A stretch of 64,000 nucleotides of DNA from Lingula anatina (taxonomy: Eukaryota > Animalia > Brachiopoda): assembly GCA_051362555.1 (NCBI GenBank), contig CM120649.1, positions 16,692,567-16,756,566 of the forward strand. The letters are read 5' to 3'. How positions within the stretch are numbered: the stretch's first letter is position 1; every line of letters starts with the position of its first letter. The notes below the pieces were generated by a model. It did not search any database, was not told the origin of the DNA, and worked only from the letters and a program-made list of their open reading frames with translations. This document shows, piece after piece, positions 54,620 through 64,000 of the stretch. Position numbers and translations under genes: made by a program.

Positions 54620-56601
54620 CTCATTGGCGCCGATTCGTGCAAGGGAAGTCTCCGTTCTTGTAAGGCAATCTGAAGCATATTGGTAGTCCACGCTGCTTCC
54701 ATGGCCCATTCAAGGACACGGTTTCTCGTTTTGGAGGCTAACAGGAGACGTCTATATACTTCGCACAGCGAAGGACGTGGAAGTATCTTTAACACCGTGC
54801 GGTAGTCAGTTGCCGAACCATGTACTGGCAATTACGTCACAAGGTTATTTCCTCTTTACAAGACCGCTTCCAACTCTTTATAACAATAGAAATAAATCCG
54901 GTGTGAAAGGAATGGTAGTCCGCTAGGAACCGTAGTCCGTTCTCCATTACTTTGCACAGGTGACATTCGTCCCCTATGCTAACCCCAATACTCCGACTAA
55001 CTTTAACCTATGTTAATTATACGGGAACCCGGACTTCAATTCCCGGGACTCCCATTCCTGTTACATGTACACCGATTTTTTTTTTGGCTGTGGTGATCAC
55101 GGAAGCTCCGTTTAAGATGACATTCGTACATAATAACCAGGCTATGAAGTTAGGATACTGATAAGTATAAGCCACGATATGACATTGGCCAGAAATTGGA
55201 GATATAACTGCTCTAGATCAATGCATATCGATGAAAGCAATGAACGGTAACTTCGCAAGGAATTTGGAATTTGTTGCAGTGCAGGAAAGGGAGTTGAGGA
55301 TTGTCAACGAAGGCAGTATATTCTGCAAAAAACTAAAGACAAGCGCAGAAATACTGGTAACGAGAATATTGCCATTTTGCAAATATTTCTCGGGAATTCA
55401 ACATTTATTTTACAAGATAAAGCGATCGCAACTGTTTGCCTACAATAATTCAAGCTAACATAAAAGTAGTCCATTTAGATAAATCATGTATTTACCTTTA
55501 ACCTCGCCACGTATTCCTTGCTATCAAAAAGGTGCACTTTTTGTTTATTTATTTGGACTACTACTGATTTGATGACACTATTATGATATTAATGTTACAT
55601 GTACCATCATGTTATCAAAGATATGCTATTATGTAAACCTGTAGAATACGCGTAAATATCGAGTTGCCAATCCGTGCCTAATAACGTCACTTTTCAACAT
55701 GTTCTACTAGTAGTAAACATTTCATTAGAAATTTATTGCCTGTCAGACTGCGTAACTATTTATCAATAGCAAAGAAGCCATTTATACGTACAATTCGTTC
55801 GCAACTTTTCGCCTCTTCTCGCGAGACACCACGTGGTCTCGAATGGGAAAATCGGCAAAATGCAATATCACTCCGTGGCCGTTACGTCCCACCCATTAAT
55901 CTGTATTTCTCTTGTTTACAAGGTATATTTTTGTAATTATTTTCAAGTTGCTTTATAATTTTAACGATCATTTACTGTAATGGCGGTTATAAAAATTGCC
56001 GACTGTTGATAAAATGTTAATTAATAAATGGAAATATTACTCAACGGCAGGCGACATGCAGGGTTCTAAGGAAATTGCAATATTATTTTGTTAAACTTTA
56101 TTAATTTTAATAAAATATACTTCAACCAAAACATAAATATTCTGTTGGTTACCTGACTTGAATCTATTCTGTATCTGTACATCGTTTGGATAAAAAATTT
56201 ACCGAATATTTTATTATTCCTGTACTTTCTACTGACGAGACATCGCAAATAAACAGAGCAGCTACCGGTATACTAGTCAAAAAAGAAATAAAGTATAGCG
56301 CAGCACCTGCGTTATGAATGAATTCCATCCTAGTTTTGATGTTCAAAAATGAATCTGTAAATTGGGAAAGCAGACTTTTAAAGAACACAAAGGTCTACGA
56401 CAGAGCTGAAACTAGTACACCAGAAACCGATGGCAGGAGGCCTTTAGACTCAGATGTGACGGCTGCGACGAACTGCACTACGTCATCGAACAGATCATAT
56501 TGTGTTTGTTGTGAAACGAGCGTTTTCGGGAACGTAGCACATATCTATAGCTAATGTTTCAGAATGAAAATAGACGTCATTAAGAACGGATATGCGCTAA
56601 A

Positions 56602-56826
56602 AGGGTGATCCATTATCGTTTTCACAAGTTTTCAAACTTAACGTAGGGGGGTATATGCCCCCGGTACGCTTTTGAGAAATATTAAAAATGATCCAAAGTG
56701 CTGTCAAAGATCATCATTTTTTGCTTTTCATCTATTGCTCCCTAAAGGAGAGGGGACAGAGGTTAAGAAAAAAAAAATCTACTCTTTGTAGACTTGTGAA
56801 AATGATGATAAAAATGGATGCCCCCT
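56602..56826. mobile_element. Small TIR element (MITE) between the converging SLC16 and GT7-B genes
   Basis: AGGG..ATCCATT.ATCGTTTTCACAAGT / ACTTGTGAAAATGAT..AATGGATGCCCCCT inverted ends. Confidence 0.6.
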
Positions 56827-57806
56827 GAGGTACACTTTGCACTGATAGGAATATATTGCATGAAAAACACGAGCTTGGAAGTCTAACACGTCATCCTGAA
56901 TGTGTGTGTGTGTGTGTGTGTGTTGGGGGGGGGCTAGGTCGAGCACCTTCAACGAGTCATATTTCGTAAGTTAAAATTTGCTTACTCTCATGCGTAGTTA
57001 TTTACTTTGCTGTCATCTTCAAGAAGGTAGTAATCATCTTCTGTTTGATGTGTGGAAATCACTGCAGTCCGGATCTTGTTGGAAGACATTTATTTTAAAT
57101 TTCAGATACAAAAATGGACACTCGGTATGTACATTGTAATATGGCACCAGTCAGTTTTTTTACCCTTTAAGAGCCAGTCCACATAAAGTGAACATTTGTG
57201 TCGCTGCAGTGACACATAATTTGTGTAACTTTTCAATAATTCTGACTTACATTATTTTCTGTGCTTTTTTTTTTTTACTATAGTATACTCCAATATAGAA
57301 AGAAATCAAAAGCAATTAAAACGTGATGTAAAACGGCACTGCAAGTATTGCACAAAATGTGTGCACCTGGGGCGTACGTGAGTCAAGCGACTTTTTCTTT
57401 TTGTTCATACTCCACCGTGTTCTTGAGAGCTGCGAGTCCGGCAAACACGTGTTTATCAATACTGTATACATTTCCACCTCTTTTTTTACTCGTGGCATAT
57501 TGCATTAATTCTATGTGACTAGGTGGGCTTTTATGGCTACAAATCACAGTAGTATAGTCTGTTAATACTGAGCAATTCCCTAAGATAAGAACAATTTTGC
57601 TTGCCAGGCATGCTGGCATTGTTTGCGCTGTAGACCGATTTTACTACTGCTAGCTAGTCTCCCCAAGTCCTGGAGAGCCAGTGCCGTTGTAAGCGAAGAC
57701 CAAGTCTGCTCTCCGTCCTGTCTGTCTGCCTGTTTTCCTGTTTTGATCCACAACCACATAAATCGACCTAAATCATATAATATCCATCGGTCAAGCTGCT
57801 ATCGCG

Positions 57807-58071
57807 CTACAAGTTGCACTTTTCCCAAGGGTAGCATGGTTTACCTTTATAGATAATTGGCGTCCCCTGTTTTCCAATGTCTAATAATAAGTGAGTGTAG
57901 AGAGGTTCGTTCGTAGTCCGTAGTAGTTTATATTTCACGTTATTGAGTCCGTCAATGTGCTGGCGTTTTTTTGCCAGACCCAAGCGTCTGAATCTGAAAA
58001 AATATAAAAATTTGGTGATTTTCAATGCAATCGTGTACTATAGAATGTTCACATAAAACTTTTCATGGTTA

Positions 58072-58139
<68 letters not shown>

Positions 58140-60083
58140 GAAGGAATAAATAGAGAAAGAGAAGGAAGGAGAGTGGGAGATTTAGTCACCTTTGAGGGTT
58201 CCTGTACGCCTTCTTATGTTCAACCATAAAATACCTGCCAACCTCACGTGGTGGGCGAATAAAATGGTAGCCGGAATTTTCTATCCTAAAAGAAAAAAAA
58301 GAAACAATTAGGACAAAAATCAAATGCCGAAATATTAAAATATATTGCTGGTTGTTGTTTAAGTTAATCGTTTCCTTTGGTTCTTTAAAACTTTCTTACA
58401 AAAGCAATGACATTAGAGTTTAAGACAATTTTCCTGAGCGACATGTAATTTGACGCGTTACTTGTGCCTGCGGAAACCGAGGCTTAGGTATGGAGTGTTG
58501 TATTGCGGTGTCTTCTATGTGACGATTGTACTTTAGCTTTAGTTGCTACGCAAGGCAGCAATCACGAGACATTTATCTCCTTTCGGGTCATTTATTATAA
58601 TTAACTAGTTTCCAGTTGATTCCCGCGCCACCTTCCATTTCTCTCTCTACCCTATTCAATCCCCAGCAGCCTTCGCTCCGTTTACATTTCATGCCTCTGT
58701 TTAAGGATGTATTCCCAGAGATTTAGATCGATCCAGAGATTAAGATTTAGATCGACCTAACTCCCTGGGGGTTTACGCTAAATTGCAGTCAGCCGAGCGC
58801 GCACCACAGTTAATTACCCCCTTACAGCTTTTAGTAGGCGGGAAAGACGCTTAAGCCGGCTAAGCTGACAGTAATCTAGTGAGACTTCCCACAGGAATAG
58901 ATCGATCTAAAACCTATGGAAATGGGGTCTTAGTTTCTGTTTACGCATCCTTATGAGGACATGCCAAGCATCTCTACAGAACACATCCCGCTCCTTACTC
59001 GTTCATGACTGTCATTTAGAGTGACTCAAACATAGATAAAAGTCTGGCGAGGTGTCTCGCCTTGTTTTAAAGTAAACATAGGGCAGGGGGCTCGGGACAA
59101 GCACTGCTTATCAAAAAAGGTGTGCGCAGGGAAGGAGGAACTGTTTGCCTACCTGAAAGCGATGTCGTCGTCTTCACCGCCCCAACCCCAGTACTCATTG
59201 GAATAACCGTTCACGTCCCGGAAATGGGAAATGTTCATTTCCAGTACGCCCCCTATCAGCAAGTTATAAAATCCTCTAAAAATAAATAAAATGAAAAATT
59301 AATAAATTGTATACAGAAAAGTGATATAATAAACAGGTTAGAAATGTGTCGGTTGTGCTATGTCGCAATGTTGGTCCCATTTCGCATTCAGAAGTCTCGA
59401 AGGAAAGAAATGTTTATCTCCATTTAATTATTCATGTAAGGCTCTCGCACGGAACCATTTTACTGACGTTTTCGAAAAACAAATGCGAAGGTAGAACCCC
59501 CCCAACCCCGCTCTTTATACAAGCACATTAAAATATATAGTGCATGCTTAAGTACGTATATCTTATGACCCTAACATCTAAGAGAGATAATGGATCTTTT
59601 GTCGCCATAGTTTCAACCACAACAAAGCGCTTCGTTATGAAAGGTACCATGGTAACGTTAGGTGACTTATGAAAATTCCTAGTATTGGAAACGGGGAAAA
59701 GGTAGAAATTATCACTCACGTATAGTTGAGAGTGCTGACTAAAACTGACATATGTCTTGGCATATAGGGACAGACGTAAAGATTGCGGTCATTTTCTGGG
59801 ATCAGATCAGCGTCGTGGAATGTTACACAGTCGAAACTGAATATCTTCTGCGATTCTAAAAACGCTGCGTTCATAATGCGACCTTTATTGAAGGTTTCAT
59901 TGCCACTCTGAAAATGTAGAAAAATATGATGGTGATAAAAAGGCACAGTAAAAGTAGCTGCCCAGTCAAAAACAATGGTTGTACTTCCATGTACTTAGAC
60001 AATTGCTACTTTCAAATTAAGTATTTTATATAATTATACCAGTGGTTTCAATTCTTCTGTGTTTACTCTGTGGCCTTTTGTTT

Positions 60084-60122
<39 letters not shown>

Positions 60123-63100
60123 ATTGTGATCGAAAAATTTATTTAAATTTTACCACTGTTGAAAAGAGTAAAATAATAGTTCCACTTTCGCATTCACCTA
60201 TCCCCGCTTATTGTATTACCTGTTCTGACAGAAAGATCCGGTAATGAATTTTCTGTCTCTGCAGGACTAGGTGTAACTGCGGTAACAGCACTCTGAGCGT
60301 CTTCCACCTGTCGCGAAATGGTATCACGAAAGCCACACGAGATCTCGCCTTACAGTCACGTGGTTTCCACCAGCCGCCTGGTTGTATTTCTGGATGTTCT
60401 TTGCTGAACTGATGCAAGTCGATGCTGTCATCAATTACAGTTTTGCCCACTGAAACATAAGAACAAATTGAGTCAATTGATTTGATATTTATTTCGGAGA
60501 AAAACGTAGATGAATGATTTTTAAAAGCCTGGGGTTAAATGTCCTGTGAATAGAATTTTTGCACTACATTTTGACTGAGTTTGGGATTTGCAACCAACTG
60601 GATCTTGTACATAGCCTCCATCCAAACGCTCGCACACGCACTCACGCACACAAACACACACACACACAAACACACACTATAAAAACCATTAAGCAACCAT
60701 GAGAGAGATAAAGTACCGTCTTAACATGATAATAAACAAGTATATGATGTTCCATAATTGCACATAGTTAGATATTTCAGTCGCAATCATTCCCCTTTAA
60801 TACTGAGCCGCCATTTAAGGAACGGGTGGGGGCGGGGCAGTCAGATTTTGTGTAGTATTTTAGGGGGTCCTGATATCAGAGGGTAAATAGCATTTGTCCT
60901 CTGGTTTTGTCAGTTTGCTTTGGTGTACCGTGTCAAGTGTTATCATTCTTTAAAAGGTTCATTAGTCTGGTAGTTCCACATGGACTGTTGAATGAATCAG
61001 TCCACAGTTAAGCTTTCATCTTAATATTTCCTTACCGTAATATTTAGATAAAAACTGTTATGAAATAATTTTAATTAAAATTCAACAATCCCAGGGTTAT
61101 CATTATTTATTCATGTGGTCCAAATTCCATTGTCAATAAGGACAATTAGAATGTACAAAGGTGAAGCATCTAAAAAAGATATTTACATTGTATCTTTCGT
61201 GTATTAGGTCCCCAAGGGCTCATCCACAATGAAACCATCGTTCTAGATCGATCCAACTCCGAGGGGACTTACGCTGAATGTAATGAAATTTTAATTTCTG
61301 TTAAAACAGATGAAGACGCCTCCTCTTGTTTCTAACATACTCGTGTAATCAACGGCTTTTCTGTATTCTACTCAGAACCAGGCGTGTTAATCCAGGGGCG
61401 GATCCAGAGATATTTTCTGACAGCCTTCCAAATTATCTTTGTTGATCCATCCACCATTTTTGACCGTCTTCCAACAGAAAATAATTAGATACCCGTCAAT
61501 GTAAACTTGAAAATCTGACCGTCTTCCGGAAGACCCAGAAGACCGTCTAAATCCGCCCCTGTAATCCGCTAATGTGATGACATTTAGCGAAAATCCCGGC
61601 AGAGTTGGATCGACCTACGTAGATTGACCGTTTTATTGGAAATGAGCCCACGACGTAGTGTGAGTCTCTGTATATGATGAGGCATTGCATGTTACCAAGG
61701 CTCTGATTCCATATAATCGTTCCTTGAAATAAAAACTGAATTAAGTTAAACCTACATTCTTTACGGGGTAACACGCATCGTACCATTATATATAAATATG
61801 ATATGGAATAAGAGACCAATACTCATATAATGTTGAGGTCCTCAATACCTTAAACATATATAATACCATACATAAATTGATAATACCATACATGTGGTCA
61901 AGACCCCAATAAGTACCATACAAGCAGGCCATCACCTGATAATATCGAGGACCCTTATACAAGATTCAGTGTCGCCTGCAAAGTTCCTGGTTGGTGAATG
62001 TAACAAACAGAGTGGGCAACCGGTGCAAAGATAACTCTAATAAGATGGGGTGCCAACTACGTGTAGTAAAATTATGCTTGATCCCCCTGTTTCAGTGCCA
62101 CCTGCTCAGAGGGGTAAGAAGCAAAAATAGAAAAAAGGTTATGTTTGACTGTACCCGTCCTGCACATGGGATTTTTAATTTCTTACCGAGCAAGTACTTT
62201 TAACCGTTAAAGGATCTAAAGGGTTTTAAAGATATTTTTTCATCTGCCTTTTCTCATTTTAACAATAAAATAGGATTTTTGCAACCGTATTGTCACTTTG
62301 AAACTTTATACATTTTACCAGAATAGCGATCCAATTTCCTTCAAAAGTGAATTTTAATCTGTAAATTAATGGATGAATAACTCGTTATATATATATATTT
62401 TTATTTTAAAATCGTTTTCAGGCATAAACGTTTTGTACATATTGTGAATGGGTTGATGTCACCTGGAGCGTCGCGTGCCTCGTTTTGGTTTTATTTTCGC
62501 AATCAAACGTTGCCGGAGTACTGAACTCTACTCCATAAACTATCACTATTCCTCATCCGACATCGAAATTCCGCGAAGTTGCGCTGGATTTTACGCTGAG
62601 TCTCGAGACCCTTGGCTCTCTCTCTGATAACGCCCATTCTTTTCGAATTGGCTTGCTTTTATGGAAGTCAATAAACGTTGCTCCGTTGCCCGTTTTCGTG
62701 TTTAAATAAGTAGTTTGCTGATTGAACATTTGATAGGACATATTTACGTAAGTTAGCGGTCACTGAGTAACAACACCCAACTCATATCGGTCTTATAAAT
62801 GCAGGCCTGCGTCCAGTTTGCCCGTTAGCTACAGTGTGGAAGCATGTCAGCTATTGATATTGATAATTATCACAGATGATCATATTTGATCCAACTTGAA
62901 CTACCAAGCTATGAACATTTTTGCTCATAGTAAGTATGCAATTAGCAACACACTGAGAGGGAATGGAACGTTTTTTCCATTCCAGCCATTAAAACACAAA
63001 GGGCCCACAGGCAGTGAAATCCTTAGAAAACTGAAGGAGCAATACACAGTCCAACCACGCGCCCATGCTGTGTCATAATGACATCGACAAAATGTTGTTG

Positions 63101-63688
63101 TTTTTTTTTAATTCGGATAAACAGATGTTAAAGTATGCAGCCCCGCCACCAACAGTATCAACAGACCACATTTAAGGTTCAAACCAGACCAAAATCCGAC
63201 ATGAAAGCAGTATTTTCTCTCTTATCAACACTTGAAATTGTTGTCTGCCTCCAAAAATCCGATGTGCCGTGTCAAGAGCATTTTTATCAGGGAATGAGGC
63301 TATCCAGGCGAATGGCCTCTTTACTGCTTCACCCATAGTGCATAACACAGCTGATCATTGTTTTTTACTGACAGGCCAAAATCATAAAAATATTGTAATC
63401 ACACTTGTGAAATCTCCCGAAGGCGCTACACTTACCCAGCGTGTTTGGGTATTCTGGGCAGATTTCCAGGCCATTCATCTCAGGCTCGCTGCTTATATCC
63501 AATATCGATGGTATGACTGTCATTTTGTTTAAAAACGCCCTCGAATCCATCCGGTTAGTAGGCCTAATATGTGATTCTTTCAACTGGATTTCAAAGCGAA
63601 AACTACCGAAAATACCTGCTAATATAGACCATTGCCAGACGACCACGAGCACTGTTAAAATACACGTCCTCTTTTTCCATTTCCACAT
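57807..63688 (-). CDS. GT7 family beta-1,4-N-acetylgalactosaminyltransferase (bre-4-like) / galactosyltransferase, paralogue B, 6 exons, ~358 aa
   Basis: Exons 63688-63436, 60449-60220, 59907-59720, 59275-59153, 58285-58190 and 57993-57807, all GT-AG and in phase. Motifs: TM CILTVLVVVWQWSILAGIF, ICPEYP, VAFVIPFRDR, FNKGRIMN, FHDADLIPENDRNLY, YWGWGGEDDDI, RYFMVEH, DGLNNVKY. Confidence 0.93.
58703..58931. mobile_element. MITE family 2-related element, intron of GT7-B
   Basis: ATTCCCA..TTTAGATCGA / TCGATCTAAA..TGGAAATGGGGTCTTAG. The end is similar to the 31575-31830 element. Confidence 0.65.
61214..61650. mobile_element. MITE family 2 copy containing a nested 169-bp MITE (61393-61561)
   Basis: Outer GGGCTCAT..GATCCAACTC / GAGTTGGATC..ATGAGCCC. 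Inner CAGGGGCGGAT / ATCCGCCCCTG flanked by a TAATC duplication. Confidence 0.8.
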
Positions 63689-64000
63689 GTTGAAACAACA
63701 CTGCTGTCGCTACCGCTGTTTTTATAACATTACTTGAATATACAGGCTCCAGATATAAAGCTTACACCCCACTGACGGCATGAAACAGACATAGACTCCC
63801 CTTCAAAATCGACGCCTTCAAGATCTCGACGAAAACTGGAAGTATAGTCGTGACGTCACTCAATTGTACTTTCGAAGCTGCTGGGCGATTTTCTGATGAG
63901 AAATATTCCTTAGCTTATACAAATGTTGCGAAAATGACCATGCAGATTATAGAAAAATCAATTATCAAAATTTAAACTGCGTTATTAGACTGATAAAATC

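Noticed and set aside
40980-63900. Other CTGATGA occurrences (~40981, ~44324, ~46087, ~49719, ~63893) as hammerheads or C/D snoRNAs
   Set aside because: No stem II plus GAAA box, and no terminal stem with a partner box.

Overview
AT-rich, intron-containing animal genomic DNA, not prokaryotic. Gene content and repeat style suggest a lophotrochozoan such as a mollusc, but that is inference. Most short ORFs in the track are spurious. I reconstructed five protein-coding genes by hand from motifs and GT-AG splice sites: (1) the first two coding exons of a MAP4K4/MINK/TNIK (misshapen) kinase on the minus strand, apparently continuing beyond the window start; (2) a single-coding-exon 569-aa type II membrane protein with two glycosyltransferase-like domains; (3) a 7-exon GT7 beta-1,4-Gal/GalNAc transferase (+); (4) an SLC16/MCT transporter (+) with two candidate alternative first exons; (5) a second, 6-exon GT7 paralogue (-). 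Non-coding space holds many MITEs (some nested, some with target-site duplications), a 46-bp satellite, a 584-bp tandem duplication overlapping a decayed Tc1 transposase, and dispersed duplicated blocks. The best leads are an inverted pair of minimal hammerhead ribozymes of the Penelope-like-element type inside a GT7 intron, the double-GT protein, and opposite predicted donor specificities for the two GT7 paralogues. No clearly new multi-gene system can be demonstrated from sequence alone. Homology statements come from recalled motifs, not database searches.
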